Shown: positions 10,680 to 22,485, numbered from the stretch's first letter. The stretch is DNA of 64,000 nt from an uncultured Chloroflexia bacterium (GCA_963707215.1 CAVPPB010000001.1:512001-576000); one strand, 5' to 3'. Made by a program: numbers and translations. Notes: generated from the letters alone by a model not told the origin.

Positions 10680-12089
10680 TCAGGCGAGGGTCGCGACGGG
10701 GGCGCTGGTGCCGGCCCACTTGGCCTCGAGTCGTGTCCGGAGGCGGTCCTGGGTCCCGGCGTGGGGGACACGGGCGACCACCGGCTCCAGGAACCCGAGG
10801 ACGATGAACTTGCGGGCCTCGTCCTCGGGGATGCCACGGCTCTCGAGGTAGAAGACCTGGCCCTCGTCGATCGGTCCGACCGACGAGCTGTGGGCGGCCC
10901 GGCGGCAGTCGGGCTGGTCGATCTCGAGCGACGGGATGGCGACCGAGCGGGCCTGCTTGGAGAGGTTCATCCCGAACTCGCCGAGGTAGCTGTCGGTCCC
11001 GATGGCCGACCGCTCGATCGTCGCCAGACCCTTCATGTAGGTCCGGGCCCGGTCCTTCAGGGCGCCCTTGGCGAGGACGTCGCCGGTGGTGTCCTGGCCG
11101 ATGTGGCGGGTGTACGTCGTGAGGTCGAACAGCTGGTCCTCACTGCCGAACAGGATCTCGACCTGCTCCAGGGAGCTGCGGTCGCCCTCGAGGCGATTGT
11201 CGATCCGCGATCGGACGAGGCGGCTGCCGAGCTGGGCGAGCGCCCAGCGCATGGTGGCTCCTTCGCCGAGCGTCGCGTGCCGATGCTGGAGCACGACGTG
11301 GGCGGGGCCGGCCTCCTGGAGCGAGGCGACGGCCAGGGTCGCTTCACGGGCCAGGTGCACCTCGAGCGTGCCGGCGAACAGGGCCTGAGGGACGACCTCG
11401 CCCTCAGCGCAGGCGATCTCGGGACCCGACGGAAGCAGCTCCTCGACGACCGACGCCCCGGCACCCCAGCCGAGCGAGATGATCGTCCTGGTCAGGAGCG
11501 CGGTGGCGGGCGCTCCCGCCAGCCAGCGGACCAGGATGGGTCGCTCCAGCCGGACCCTGGCCGGGACCTCGAGGCGGATGCCCTGGCTCCAGGCCGCCCG
11601 GGTCAGCTGGGCGAGCTTGTCGTCGGCCGGCAGGCCCCGACCCCCATCCAGGTCCGCTCGAAGGGCCTCGGGGTCCCGGGCCAGCGCCTGCGCGAAGGTC
11701 TCGACGACGACGCCCTGGTCGGCGGCGTCCGCTGCGACGGCCATCGAGACCACGCCGTCCTCGCGGATCTCGACGAGGGCGCTGGCATCGTCGGGGACCT
11801 CGCCCGCAGCGGTCGCCTCGCGGCTCGTGGCGTACGGCCGGGCCGCGAACAGGTCGGCGGCGCGCAGGTCGAGGTACGGTGTGTAGAGCTGGTTCGGCTC
11901 GACCGGGAGGGCGAGGTAGCGCTCAAGGGCTGCCCTGCGGTCCGCCCGCAGCCAGGCCGGCTCGTCCCGCTGCTCGCCGATCGTCTCGACGAGAGCCTCG
12001 TCGAGGAAGTCGAAGGGCAGCTCGCCGGGGGCTCGCCGGGGGCGGCGGACGGGCGTCGGACCGGTCGGGGCTTCGGTCGGGGTCGTCAT
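10680..12089 (-). CDS. sufD: Fe-S cluster assembly protein SufD
   Basis: [28 protein letters not shown]; coupled to sufB. Confidence 0.88.
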   Translation of the reverse strand: MTTPTEAPTGPTPVRRPRRAPGELPFDFLDEALVETIGEQRDEPAWLRADRRAALERYLALPVEPNQLYTPYLDLRAADLFAARPYATSREATAAGEVPDDASALVEIREDGVVSMAVAADAADQGVVVETFAQALARDPEALRADLDGGRGLPADDKLAQLTRAAWSQGIRLEVPARVRLERPILVRWLAGAPATALLTRTIISLGWGAGASVVEELLPSGPEIACAEGEVVPQALFAGTLEVHLAREATLAVASLQEAGPAHVVLQHRHATLGEGATMRWALAQLGSRLVRSRIDNRLEGDRSSLEQVEILFGSEDQLFDLTTYTRHIGQDTTGDVLAKGALKDRARTYMKGLATIERSAIGTDSYLGEFGMNLSKQARSVAIPSLEIDQPDCRRAAHSSSVGPIDEGQVFYLESRGIPEDEARKFIVLGFLEPVVARVPHAGTQDRLRTRLEAKWAGTSAPVATLA

Positions 12090-13489
12090 CCGAGCGACCC
12101 CTCCATCTCCAGCTTGACGAGCCGGTTGAACTCGATCGCATACTCCATCGGGAGCTCCTTGGTGAAGATCTCCAGGAAGCCCTGGACGATGAGGTTCGTG
12201 GCCTCGTTCTCGGTCAGGCCGCGGCTCATCAGGTAGAAGACCTGGTCGGTGCTGACCTTCCCGACGGTGGCCTCGTGGGTCATCGTCGTGTCGTCTTCCT
12301 GGATGTCGATGTAGGGGTAGGTGTCGCTCCGGCTGACGTCGTCGAGCATGAGGGCGTCGCAGCGGACGCTGGCGGTGACGCCGGTGGCCCCGGGCGCCAC
12401 CCGGACCTGGCCCCGGTAGCTGGTCCGGCCGCCATCCTTGGAGACCGACTTGCTGACGATCCGGCTGGTCGTGTCGCTGGCCAGGTGGATCGCCTTTGCA
12501 CCGGTGTCCTGATGCTGGTCCTTGCCGGCCACGGCGACGGAGATGACCTCAGCCGTCGCGCCCCGTCCGCGCAGGTAGATCGAGGGGTACTTCATGGTCA
12601 GCTTGGAGCCCGTGTTCGCGTCGACCCACTCGACGGTGGCGTTCTCGTGGGCATGGGCCCGCTTGGTGACCAGGTTGTAGACGTCGTTCGACCAGTTCTG
12701 GATCGTCGTGTAGCGGACCTTCGAGCCGGGCAGGGCGATGACCTCGACGACCGCCGCATGGAGCGAGTCGGTCGCGTAGATCGGGGCCGTGCAGCCCTCG
12801 ATGTAGTGGACCTTGGCGCCCTCGTCGACGACGATCAGGGTCCGCTCGAACTGGCCGGTGTTCTCGCCGTTGATCCGGAAGTAGGCCTGCAGCGGCAGGG
12901 GGACCTCGACGCCCTTGGGAACGTATACGAACGAGCCGCCCGACCAGACGGCGCTGTTGAGCGCCGCGAACTTGTTGTCCTCGGGTGGGACGACCGTGCC
13001 GAAGTGCTGGCGGAAGATCTCCGGGTACTCCTTGAGCGCCTGATCGGTGCCCATGAAGACGACGCCGATCTTGCCCAGCTCCTCGCGGACCGAGTGGTAG
13101 ACGACCTCGGAGTCGTACTGGGCGCCCACGCCGGCAAGGAACTTGCGCTCCGCCTCGGGGATGCCGAGCCGCTCGAAGGTCTGCTTGATCTGTTCAGGAA
13201 CGTCGTCCCAGGACTTCTCCTCCCGCTCGGAGGGCTTGCGGTAGTAGACGATGTTCTCGAGGATGATCTTCGAGAGGTCGCCGCCCCACTCGGGCATCGG
13301 CCGGGCGAGGAAGTGCTCGTATGCCCGGAGGCGGAAGTCCAGCATCCACTGAGGCTCTTCCTTGAACCGGCTGATCTCCTCGACCGTGTCGCGCGTCAGC
13401 CCCCGCTTCGTCTCGGCGAGGTAGACGATGTCGTCGTGGAAGGCGTACTGGTCGCGCTGGTCGCGGACGAGGTCGCGGGTCGAGGTCAT
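12086..13489 (-). CDS. sufB: Fe-S cluster assembly protein SufB
   Basis: [42 protein letters not shown]. Confidence 0.96.
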   Translation of the reverse strand: MTSTRDLVRDQRDQYAFHDDIVYLAETKRGLTRDTVEEISRFKEEPQWMLDFRLRAYEHFLARPMPEWGGDLSKIILENIVYYRKPSEREEKSWDDVPEQIKQTFERLGIPEAERKFLAGVGAQYDSEVVYHSVREELGKIGVVFMGTDQALKEYPEIFRQHFGTVVPPEDNKFAALNSAVWSGGSFVYVPKGVEVPLPLQAYFRINGENTGQFERTLIVVDEGAKVHYIEGCTAPIYATDSLHAAVVEVIALPGSKVRYTTIQNWSNDVYNLVTKRAHAHENATVEWVDANTGSKLTMKYPSIYLRGRGATAEVISVAVAGKDQHQDTGAKAIHLASDTTSRIVSKSVSKDGGRTSYRGQVRVAPGATGVTASVRCDALMLDDVSRSDTYPYIDIQEDDTTMTHEATVGKVSTDQVFYLMSRGLTENEATNLIVQGFLEIFTKELPMEYAIEFNRLVKLEMEGSLG

Positions 13490-13529
13490 CGGGTCTCCTG
13501 CGGCAGGCCGCCGCTCGCTGTCGGCTCGT

Positions 13530-13554
13530 AATCCCGACCTAGATTATCGGGATT
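13530..13554. promoter_or_regulatory. Rrf2/IscR-like operator upstream of sufB
   Basis: 25-bp dyad AATCCCGA-N9-TCGGGATT, 40 bp upstream of sufB. Confidence 0.65.
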
Positions 13555-13651
13555 GACCGCTCGAGCGTCAACGCCGGCCCATCCTCGGTTCGGGCGACGA
13601 GTGCCTGCGGATGCGCAGGCGCGGCGGGTAGGATGCCCCGGGAGGACGGCG

Positions 13652-14530
13652 ATGGCCAACGACGGGTCGGGCAGCGAGCGCGGACGCACGGAACGGGCCG
13701 CCAGGGCGGCTCTGAAGAGCGCCCCTCGCCGGCAGGGCGACGACGACCGGAGCGGCCAGACGATCGAGACGCCGATCGGCCACCTGGACCGCTTCGGCCT
13801 CGTCCTGGGGCTCCTGGTGGTCACGATCGTGGTCCTCTTCCTCACCGGGGAGTCCGCCATCGCCCGTCTCCTGGCCGTGGCCCTGGAGGGCTCGGTCCTC
13901 GTCTTCGCCCTCGACGCGTCTGGCTTCGCCCGGCGCTGGAACATCGCCGGACGGGCGCTCGCCGTCGCGACCTTCGGCTTCCTGCTGTTCGCCGAGGTGT
14001 CCGGGCAGGAGCTGACCACGGTCCGGGTCCTCACCGCCGGCCTGGTGACGAGCGTGACCATCGTCGCGCCGGTGGCGATCGCGAGGCGCCTGATCCGCCA
14101 GCCGGTCATCGACTTCAGCTCGGTGGCGGCCGCCCTGTCGATCTACCTCCTGGTGGGACTCGCCTTCACCAACCTGTATGCCGGCCTCCAGGCGGTCGCG
14201 CCGCCGCTCTTCTCGCAGGCGGACCTCGTCCCGGACTACACCGACTTCCTGTACTTCAGCTTCGTGACCCTGGCGACCCTGGGCTACGGGGACCTCACGC
14301 CGGCATCGGACATGGCCCGCCTGGCATCGGTCGTCGAGACGGTCCTGGGCCAGATCTACCTGGTCACGATCGTGGCGGTCATCGTCTCGAACATCGGCCG
14401 ACGGCGGCCCGCGGCGCGAGGCCACCGTGCCGCTGGCCGCGGACGGTTCAGCGGTCTCGTGGGTCGCAGCGCCTCCGCGCCGGACACGGACGACCCGGCG
14501 GCCGAGTCGGCCGCCGGGTCCGATCGCTGA
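13652..14530 (+). CDS. Potassium channel family (Ion_trans_2) membrane protein
   Basis: LYFSFVTLATLGYGD selectivity filter motif; multiple TM segments. Confidence 0.85.
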   Translation: MANDGSGSERGRTERAARAALKSAPRRQGDDDRSGQTIETPIGHLDRFGLVLGLLVVTIVVLFLTGESAIARLLAVALEGSVLVFALDASGFARRWNIAGRALAVATFGFLLFAEVSGQELTTVRVLTAGLVTSVTIVAPVAIARRLIRQPVIDFSSVAAALSIYLLVGLAFTNLYAGLQAVAPPLFSQADLVPDYTDFLYFSFVTLATLGYGDLTPASDMARLASVVETVLGQIYLVTIVAVIVSNIGRRRPAARGHRAAGRGRFSGLVGRSASAPDTDDPAAESAAGSDR

Positions 14531-14543
14531 GTCGCCCGGGCGA

Positions 14544-15188
14544 TCAGTAGCGGTACATCGACTGCTCGATCGCCTGCTCTTCCGGCGAGATCCGGAGCTG
14601 CAGGTACAGGCCGGCGATCGCCAGGGCGGCCCACACGGCGATCCAGATGAAGTTGTCGGTGACGGCCACCCAGGTCGCACCGAGGATCCCGGTGTCGAAG
14701 TCGTTGACTTCGACCAGCCCGAAGATCAGGAAGATCCCGCTCATGATCGCCGTCGAGCCCCCGAGAGCGGTGAGCACGACCACCAGGTACTTCGGTGCTC
14801 GCAGGATGACGACGCCGACGGCGAAGACGACGCCCACGGCGATCGCGATCAGCCAGGCGATGATGTCGAGCTGGAAGCCGATCGCATCGAGGATGCCGTA
14901 GGCAAGCGCGTAGCCGATCGAGCCGCCGAGCAGGACGACCGCGATCCAGTAGAACAGGTACGACAGCACGGCGAATCCGATGCCGATGACGAAGCCGACG
15001 ACCCAGCCCGCGGTCGTCGCGAGGAACCCGTCGCCGAAGATGGCCGTGAAGCCTTGGGCGCCCGCGAGCAGCCCTGCGAAGAAGCCCCAGATCGGCAGCA
15101 GGAACAGGAAGAACTTGAAGCCGGCGAAGCAGAAGACCGCGCCGGCGACCAGGGCGAGGATCGCCAGGCCGATGACCTCTAGGTCCAT
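14544..15188 (-). CDS. Polytopic membrane protein, DUF4203-like
   Basis: GAVFCFAGFK...IWGFFAG, TALGGS; about 7 TM segments; GGAGG RBS. Confidence 0.7.
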   Translation of the reverse strand: MDLEVIGLAILALVAGAVFCFAGFKFFLFLLPIWGFFAGLLAGAQGFTAIFGDGFLATTAGWVVGFVIGIGFAVLSYLFYWIAVVLLGGSIGYALAYGILDAIGFQLDIIAWLIAIAVGVVFAVGVVILRAPKYLVVVLTALGGSTAIMSGIFLIFGLVEVNDFDTGILGATWVAVTDNFIWIAVWAALAIAGLYLQLRISPEEQAIEQSMYRY

Positions 15189-15335
15189 GGTGTATTGACC
15201 TCCCTCTCCGTCCTTGATGGACGCGACGATGCTACGCCGTCGCGCGGCTCCGTTGCGGCCGGATACGCTCCGGATCGCCGGGGCAGGTCGTGGCCCACGG
15301 TGACGGACGCCGGCCGAGCCCAGCCTGGCGGACAT

Positions 15336-15372
15336 ACAACGACCCCGCCGGTCGAGCCGGCGGGGTCGTTGT
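15336..15372 (-). terminator. Intrinsic terminator after the RND gene
   Basis: 16-bp perfect stem ACAACGACCCCGCCGG/CCGGCGGGGTCGTTGT with a 5-nt loop. Confidence 0.8.
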
Positions 15373-15386
15373 GTTCGCGACGGGGG

Positions 15387-18300
15387 TCAGGCCGGGCTGG
15401 GCTCGGCCGGAGGTGCCTCGGAGGTCGCGGCTGCGTCCTCCTCGGCCGGGCGGCCCCGCCGCAGACCACCGAACCAGGTCTTCCCGCCGTCGACCAGCGA
15501 GTAGATGACCGGGATGACGATCAGGGTGAGGAAGGTCGAGCTGAACAGGCCGCCGATGACGACCGTGCCGAGCTCGGCCGCGATGATCGACCCCTCGGAG
15601 AGGCCCGCCGCGAGCGGGATGAGGGCGAGGATCGTAGCGATCGCCGTCATGAGGATCGGCCGGACCCTGGTCCGACCGCCCTCGATGAGGGCGTCCTTGG
15701 CGGAGTGGCCCTCCGACCGAAGCCGCTCGACCAGGTCGAGCAGGACGATGGCGTTGGTCACCACGATCCCGATCAGCATGAGGAAGCCGATCAGGGCGCT
15801 GACGCCGATGGGTCGATCGGTCAGGAAGAGCGCCGGGAAGGCCCCGATCGTGGCCAGAGGGAGGCTGAACAGGATGATGAACGGCGTGATGAGCGAGTTG
15901 AACGTCAGCACCATCATCACGTAGACGAGGAGGATGGCGACCCCCATCGAGACGAAGAGGTTGCCGAAGGCCTCGTTCTGCTGCTGGGTCACGCCGGCCA
16001 GGGTGATGTCCACGCCGGCCGGGATCTCGCCCGCCGCCTCGAGGTCGTCGATCTCCTGCTGGACCGCGAGCGAGACGGCCCCGGTGTCGTCGGAGGCGAT
16101 CTCGGCCGAGACCGTCGCCGCCGGGGCCTGGTCGACGCGGGTGATGCTGCCCTGGGCGAGCACCTCGTCGACGGCCGAGATGGTCCCCAGCGGGACCGTC
16201 ACGGTCGTGCCGACCGGCAGCTGCTGCAGCGTATCGACGCTGCTCACCGTCGCCGGGTCGACCTGGAGGAAGAGCGGGACGGCGGCGATGTCACCGTCCA
16301 GCTGGAGGGTCGTGACTTCGGTGCCCACGAGGGTCGTCCGGACCTCGCCGGCGACCTGGGCCGCGGTCAGACCGGCGCCGATCGCCTTGTTCGGGTCGAC
16401 GACGACCTGGATCTCGGGCGTGCCCCTGGACAGGTCGGACTTGAGGTTGAGGAGGTCCGAGTCGTCGGCCAGCGCGGCCATCACGGCGTCGGTGGCGACG
16501 GCGACGTCCTCGGGATCGTCCGAGCTGACGACGATGCTGAGGCTGTTGGAGGTGAAGCCGGCGGTCTGGGCGACGGCGACGTCGTAGCCGTCGGTCTTGA
16601 CCGAGGCGAGGTCGCTGGAGAGCTTCTGGGCGTACTCCGTGAGTTCGACCTCGTCCGAGAGGCGCACCGTGAGCGTGGCGCTGTTGGCCGGGCGCCCGCT
16701 GAGGGCCGCCGTGACCGTGCCGAAGCTCGTGTCGCCCTCGCCGGGGACGCTCGTCTGGACGTTCTCGACCTCGGGGTCGGCCAGGAGGATCGTCTCGGCC
16801 TCGATCGCCCGCTCGAGCACGGCCACCGAGCTGGTGCCGGCCGGTGGGGCCACGGTGACCTGGAGCAGCTTCTCGCCGCCGGCGTTGATGAACTGGGTCG
16901 GAAGGAGCGGGGCGATGGCCATCGAGACGGCGAACAGCACCGTCACGGCGACGAGGATGCCCCACTTGGTGAAGCGGTTGCGGAGGGCGAACTGGATCGT
17001 CGGGGTGTAGGCCCGGATCCAGGGCGAGTTCTTCGGCTCGCCGTCCTCGTCCACGTTGAGCTTGACGCGACCGATGAACAGGTAGGCGAGGACCGGGACG
17101 ACCGTCAGGGCGACGACGAGCGACGCCAGCAGGGCGAAGGTGACGGTCAGGGCGAAGGGCAGGAAGAGCTGGCTGACGATGCCGCCGACCAGCCCCAGGG
17201 GCAGGAAGACGGCCACGGTCGTCAGGGTGGCCGAGGTGATCGCCCCGGCGACCTCGCGCGGGCCGCGAAGCGAGGCCGTCAGGCGGTCGTCGCCCAGGGC
17301 CCGGTGCCGGTAGATGTTCTCCAGGACGACGATCGCGTCGTCCACCACTCGACCAACGGCGACAGCCAGGCCGCCGAGGGTCATGACGTTGATGGTGATG
17401 CCCGTGATCTGCATGATCACCAGGGCAGTCAGGACCGACAGCGGGATGCTGACCGCGGCCACCAGCGTGGCCCGGATGCTGAACAGGAAGAGGAAGATCG
17501 TCAGGACCGCAAAGAGCGCTCCCAGGCCACCTTCCTTGAGCAGCCCGTCGCGCGACTCCTTGATGAACACCGAGAGGTCGGAGATCACGGTGACGTTGAC
17601 CGTCTCGGGGTTGTCAGCCCCGATCTTCTCGAGCTCCGCGGAGACCGCGTCGGCCACCTCGACGGTGTTGGCCGTGGAGGTCTTGGTGACCGTGAGCGTC
17701 AGCGACGGGACGCCGTCGGTGCGGGCGTAGCCCGTCGTCGGGACGCCGGCCTCCTCGACCGTGGCGATGTCCTTGAGGAAGACCGGCGTCGGCGCGGCAG
17801 GCACGGTCGGCGCGGTCGGATCGGTTCCGGGCAGGCCGCCGGGGACCTGGTCCGGGGTGACGCCCTCCGGCAGCTCGCCGGGGACCTGGTCGGGGGTCGG
17901 GTTCTCGGGCAGCTTCACGCCGACGACGAGGTCCTCGATCTCGGCCAGGGAGCCGAGCGTCCCGATCGTCGAGACCGGGATGTTGGAGCCGTCGCTGGTG
18001 ATCTGGCCCGACGGGATGGTCAGGTTGTTGGCCGTGAGCACGCCGGTGACCTGGCCAACGGAGATGCCGGTCTCGGTCAGCTTGGCCGGGTCGAGGGTGA
18101 CGACGGCCTGCGTCTCCAGCCCACCGGTGAGGTCGGCCGTTGCCACGCCATCGATGCCCAGGAGGGATGGGACGATCTGGTCCCGGGCGACCTCGGCCGC
18201 CGCGTCGAGCTGCTCCTCGGGGAGGCTCCGTTGCCGTCGACGCCGGCCACCGAGGCGATGATCACGGGGGAGGCGTTGATGTTGAGGGCGGCGACCTGGG

Positions 18301-18670
18301 GCGAGACCGTTTGCGGCAGGCCTGCGGTCTGGAGGTTCTGCTCGATCGTCGAGCGAACCTCCTTGACGTCCGTCCCGAACTCGAACTGGGCGACGACGAT
18401 GGCGATCGAGTTGGCCGACGAGGACGAGAGGGCTTCGAGGCGCGGCACGCCGGCGACGGCGCGCTCGATCGGCTTCGTGACCTGCTCGGCGACATCGGCG
18501 GCACCGACGCCGGGGTAGGGCGCGATGACCGTGATGACCGGGAAGTCGATGTCCGGGAGGAGCTCCTGCTTGAGCGTCCCCCAGGCGGAGATGCCGGCGA
18601 AGAAGAGGCCGACCGCGAGCAGGAGCGTGACGCTCCGCTTCGCGACGGACAGCTCGGTGAGGCGGTTCAC
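15387..18670 (-). CDS. RND efflux permease, AcrB/SwrC family (1-nt frameshift near 18228)
   Basis: ELLPDIDFPVITV, GRVVDDAIVVLENI, TRVRPILMTA; split between ORFs 18077..18670 and 15387..18791. Confidence 0.92.
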
Positions 18671-19170
18671 GTGAGGCTGCTCCCTGGATGGATGGCGGGG
18701 TCGATGGCGACGGACCCGGCCGACCCCGCGGCCGCGTCGCTGAGGATCCGGAGGCCGTCGGCGACGACCCGGAGGTCATCGTCGGCGACACGGTCGAGGA
18801 GCGACCGGAGCTGCTCGCTGTTGAGCTCGCGGAAGCGCTCGAGCTGCGTCACGCCGTCGGGCGTGACGCTGATCACGACCTGGCGGCGGTCCGCCGGGTC
18901 GTCATGACGATCGAGCAGACCCAGATCGACGAGCCGGTCGACCTGGGCACTGGTCGTGCTGAGGGAGACCCCCAGGCGACCGGCCAGCTCCGACAGGCGG
19001 AGCGAGCCGGCGACGAGCACGGTGTACATGACCTTGGCCTGCGACATCGTCACGGCCACCTCCATGAACTCCGGCAGGTGGGCGCCGACAAGGCGCTGCA
19101 TGAGGGTCTCGTAGCCGTCGAGGATCCGGAGGACGTCCGTCTCGCGGTCGTCGGGTGGTTCGTTCGTCAT
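18667..19170 (-). CDS. MarR family transcriptional regulator
   Basis: LSELAGRLGVS...VDRLVDLGLL...DPADRR. Confidence 0.9.
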   Translation of the reverse strand: MTNEPPDDRETDVLRILDGYETLMQRLVGAHLPEFMEVAVTMSQAKVMYTVLVAGSLRLSELAGRLGVSLSTTSAQVDRLVDLGLLDRHDDPADRRQVVISVTPDGVTQLERFRELNSEQLRSLLDRVADDDLRVVADGLRILSDAAAGSAGSVAIDPAIHPGSSLT

Positions 19171-19180
19171 CAGCAAATAC

Positions 19181-19231
19181 TTCGGTAACACCTGAGCGTT
19201 CGGTTCCAGCGCACTATACGACAGAACCGAA
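19181..19231. promoter_or_regulatory. marR promoter/operator
   Basis: TTCGGTTC...GAACCGAA inverted repeat (19199-19231) flanking a minus-strand -10 TATAGT (19213-19218); extra TTCGGT at 19181. Confidence 0.5.
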
Positions 19232-19234
19232 TGG

Positions 19235-20581
19235 ATGGATGGGATCCGGCCCCGAGCGCTACCATCCCCGCTGGTGACCTCTCCCCGACCGACCACCGCC
19301 GCGGCTACCCGGCGGTTCCTCGCCGTCCGCCACCACCTGTGGCCCCCGCGCGCGCTCCCGGCCGGTCGTGACGGGGTGCTCACCGTCTTCGAGCGGCTGG
19401 GGTCGATCCAGTTCGACCCCCTCGAGGTCGCCGGGCGCAACCACGACCTGGTCCTGCTCTCGCGGGTCCGCGACTACCGCCGGTCGATGACCGATGCCCT
19501 GCTCTACGACGAGCGGGCCCTCTTCGAGGCCTACAACAAGGGGCTCAGCCTGCTCCTCGTGACCGAGCTGCCCTGGCATCGCCTCACCTGGGACCGGGCC
19601 CGGCGCGCCCACGAGGGCGGCGCCTTCGATGAGCACGCTCCGCTGGTCGAGGAGCTCCTGGAGCGCATCCGGCTCGACGGCCCGCTTTCGCCTACCGACG
19701 TTCGGCCGCGAGCCGCGATCGACTGGTACTGGCGCCCCACGAACCAGGTCCGGGCCATCCTGGAAGCCCTCGCGGAGGCGGGACTGCTGGGCATCGCCCG
19801 GCGCGAGGGCAACCGGCGCGTGTACGACCTGATCGATCGGCTCTACCCCGCCGACCTGCTCGCCCTGCACCCACCCGAGCGGGAGCAGCAGAAGCATCGC
19901 CTGCTCTCCCGCTACCGCGCCCACGGGCTGCTGGGCCGGGGCGGCCAGGCCGAGCTGTGGTATGGGGCCGGACGGGCCACCCACGATCCCGAGCACCCGG
20001 AGCGGCCGACCCGCCTGGAGCTCCTCGACGAGCTGGTCGAGGAAGGCACGCTCGTCCCCCTGGAGGTCGTGGGCGTCCGTGGCCCCCGGTACGTGCTCCG
20101 CTCGGAGCTGGACCTGCTCGCCGGAGCTGAGGCGGACACGGCGGTGGACGGCGGGCCAAGCGACCCGGCAGGCCCGCGCTCCCCAGACGAGCCCCCAGCC
20201 GGCGTCGCCTTCCTCGCGCCATTGGATCCGCTGGCGTGGGACCGCGACCTGCTCCGATCGCTCTACGGCTTCGACTACGTCTGGGAGGTCTACGTCCCGG
20301 CGGCGAAACGGCGCTGGGGCTACTACGTGCTGCCGCTCCTGTTCGGCGACCGGCTGGTGGGTCGGATCGAGCCACGGATCGATCGCCAGGCAGGGGTGCT
20401 CCGGGTCCTCGACCTGTGGTGGGAGGACGGTTTCGACCCGCTGGCCGACCCCTCCTTCGTGCCGGCCCTGGCCGCGGCCCTCGTCGCCCACCGCGACTTC
20501 GCCGGAGTCCGGCGGGTCAGCCTGCCCCGGACGGCTCGCCACCGAGCCCTGGTGTCGGCTCTTCGGCCGCACCTGGCCTAG
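19235..20581 (+). CDS. YcaQ/AlkZ-family DNA crosslink-repair glycosylase
   Basis: SIQFDPL (QxD), LAPLDPLAWDR, WEVYVPAAKRRWGYYVLPLL; start may be the GTG near 19274. Confidence 0.88.
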   Translation: MDGIRPRALPSPLVTSPRPTTAAATRRFLAVRHHLWPPRALPAGRDGVLTVFERLGSIQFDPLEVAGRNHDLVLLSRVRDYRRSMTDALLYDERALFEAYNKGLSLLLVTELPWHRLTWDRARRAHEGGAFDEHAPLVEELLERIRLDGPLSPTDVRPRAAIDWYWRPTNQVRAILEALAEAGLLGIARREGNRRVYDLIDRLYPADLLALHPPEREQQKHRLLSRYRAHGLLGRGGQAELWYGAGRATHDPEHPERPTRLELLDELVEEGTLVPLEVVGVRGPRYVLRSELDLLAGAEADTAVDGGPSDPAGPRSPDEPPAGVAFLAPLDPLAWDRDLLRSLYGFDYVWEVYVPAAKRRWGYYVLPLLFGDRLVGRIEPRIDRQAGVLRVLDLWWEDGFDPLADPSFVPALAAALVAHRDFAGVRRVSLPRTARHRALVSALRPHLA

Positions 20582-20625
20582 ACTTCGAGGATACGCCGAC
20601 TCCACCGACACGCAGGAGGGGATCC

Positions 20626-21072
20626 ATGGCCGCCGTCCGTCACGCCGAAGTCACCTGGACCGGGGACCTGCTCACCGGCTCGGGGATGATCAACTACGTC
20701 TCGAGTGGCTCGATCGCGCGGCTGCCGGTCAGCTGGGCGGCCCGGACCGAGGACCACGGGGGCAAGACCAGCCCCGAGGAGCTCCTTGCCGCGGCCCACG
20801 CGTCGTGCTTCTCGATGGCCCTGTCGTCGAGGCTCGCGAAGGCCCGCACGCCGGCGACCCGGCTCGACGTCAAGGCGGTCGTGACCTTCGACAAGGTCGG
20901 CGACGGCTGGAAGGTCGCTACGTCGGCCCTGACGGTGCGGGGCGTGGTCCCAGGAGCCACCGCGGCGTCGTTCGCCGAGGCCGCCGAGGGCGCCAAGGAC
21001 GGCTGCCCGATCTCGGGCGCGCTCAAGGGCAACGTCGAGCTCAGCGTCGAGGCCGAGCTGCTCGAGGGCTGA
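20626..21072 (+). CDS. osmC: OsmC family peroxiredoxin
   Basis: SPEELLAAAHASCFSMAL and AKDGCPIS. Confidence 0.92.
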   Translation: MAAVRHAEVTWTGDLLTGSGMINYVSSGSIARLPVSWAARTEDHGGKTSPEELLAAAHASCFSMALSSRLAKARTPATRLDVKAVVTFDKVGDGWKVATSALTVRGVVPGATAASFAEAAEGAKDGCPISGALKGNVELSVEAELLEG

Positions 21073-21336
21073 CCCGGCGCGTGGCTGGCGGCCGGTGCCG
21101 AGTGGCGGATCCCGCTCGCCGACGCACTCTTGGCATGGCAGCCCGCGGCACGATCGGAACAGTCGAGTCGGCGTGGCCCGTTGTGGGTGGCGTCATCGCT
21201 CTGGCCGATGGGATCGACCGTGGACGAGCGTGACCGGGCATCGTCTGTGCCACACCCGCGTATCGGCCACGCTCGCTGACCCCGGCGCGCATCGGCTTGA
21301 TCGATAGGTCGGCTCAGAGACCTTGGCCCACCCGGC

Positions 21337-22311
21337 TCAGCCGATCGCCAGGATCCGGCGCGGGTTCTCGACCGTCAGCTGGCGGACCGTCGCCTCGTCG
21401 AGCCCGTGCTCGCGAAGGCGCGGCAGGAACGTCGTCGTGAGGTAGACGTAGCCGTTGCCCTCGTACGACACCAGCTGGCTGTCGTGGCAGACGTCCTGGC
21501 TCAGGAGGATCCGCTGGGCGAAGCCGGCCTCGACCAGGTCGAGGAGCAGGCGCACGATCCGTGGCTCGCCGTGCCGCTCGGTCGCGGTGAAGGTCATCCC
21601 CAGGAAGTCGAACTCGACGCTGGCGCCGCGCCGGCAGATCTCGAGGTGATGGTCCAGCTCGGGATGGGAATCGGCGTGCCCGACGACGACCCTGCCGGGG
21701 TCGAGCCCCTCCTCCTCGAGGACCCGCAGCTGGGCCAGCCCGACCGGCGAGAGCACCGCGTGGGTGGAGACGGCCATCCCGGTCCGGGTCGCCGCCCGGG
21801 CGACCGCCCGGAAGACGCGCTCCTCCTGGGCGGTCAGCCACGGCTTGTCGGTGCCGATCTCGCCGAGGATGCCGGGCCGGATGCCCGTCCCGTCGACGCC
21901 CTCCTCGAAGTGGCGGACGAGCTCGTCGGCCAGGTCGTCGACGGAGCGCCGGTCGATCCGGGCCTCGACCGGGTAGTAGGCCTGGCGGTACCAGCCGGTC
22001 CCCATGACGATGTGCAACCCGGTCCGACGGGCGACCCGCACGAGCCACTCGGGGTCTCGGCCGGTGCCGGGCAGGGTCAGGTCGGTCAGGGCCGTCCCGC
22101 CGGCCTCCCGGAAGCGCCCAAGCTCCTCGACGATGCGGTCCTCGTCGCGGGACAGCTGCCAGTAGTCCCAGCGGGCCGGGATCTGCCAGAGGTGGATCTG
22201 GGTGTGCTCGTGGGGCAGGGTGAAGCCGAGCTCGCCGGCCGGGACGTCGCCGAGCACGGTCCGGACGAAGGGCCCGCTGATGTGGCCGTAGACGGGCCCT
22301 GGCTCGGTCAT
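21337..22311 (-). CDS. Phosphotriesterase-related metallohydrolase (PHP-like)
   Basis: TLPHEH, GILGEIG, STHA, VGH, LLSQD, VENPRR. Confidence 0.88.
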   Translation of the reverse strand: MTEPGPVYGHISGPFVRTVLGDVPAGELGFTLPHEHTQIHLWQIPARWDYWQLSRDEDRIVEELGRFREAGGTALTDLTLPGTGRDPEWLVRVARRTGLHIVMGTGWYRQAYYPVEARIDRRSVDDLADELVRHFEEGVDGTGIRPGILGEIGTDKPWLTAQEERVFRAVARAATRTGMAVSTHAVLSPVGLAQLRVLEEEGLDPGRVVVGHADSHPELDHHLEICRRGASVEFDFLGMTFTATERHGEPRIVRLLLDLVEAGFAQRILLSQDVCHDSQLVSYEGNGYVYLTTTFLPRLREHGLDEATVRQLTVENPRRILAIG

Positions 22312-22485
22312 CGCTGCCTCCCGTGATCCGGGTTGTCGAGACATGATGCCCAAGCGGGGCGGGCGACGTGAGGCCGATCGGGGGTCGGCCGGGGACTCGA
22401 GCCCTGACCCGGTACGATGGTCGGGCGCGTCGTCAGGCTGCGATCGATCACCGGTCGGCTTCGACCTCCGTGGAAGGTGGCTCGT

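Noticed and set aside
18200-18250. Frameshift in the RND gene as phase variation or recoding
   Set aside because: Single missing base with no slippery site or long repeat tract; likely a sequencing error.
15195-18518. Very long antisense ORFs (also 11879..13531, 39869..42625, 44433..46007)
   Set aside because: Shadow ORFs opposite real genes, expected from high-GC codon bias; no recognisable motifs.
21075-21335. Intergenic stretch with short ORFs between osmC and the PTE-like gene
   Set aside because: No RBS-supported ORF, motif or clear structure that I can support.
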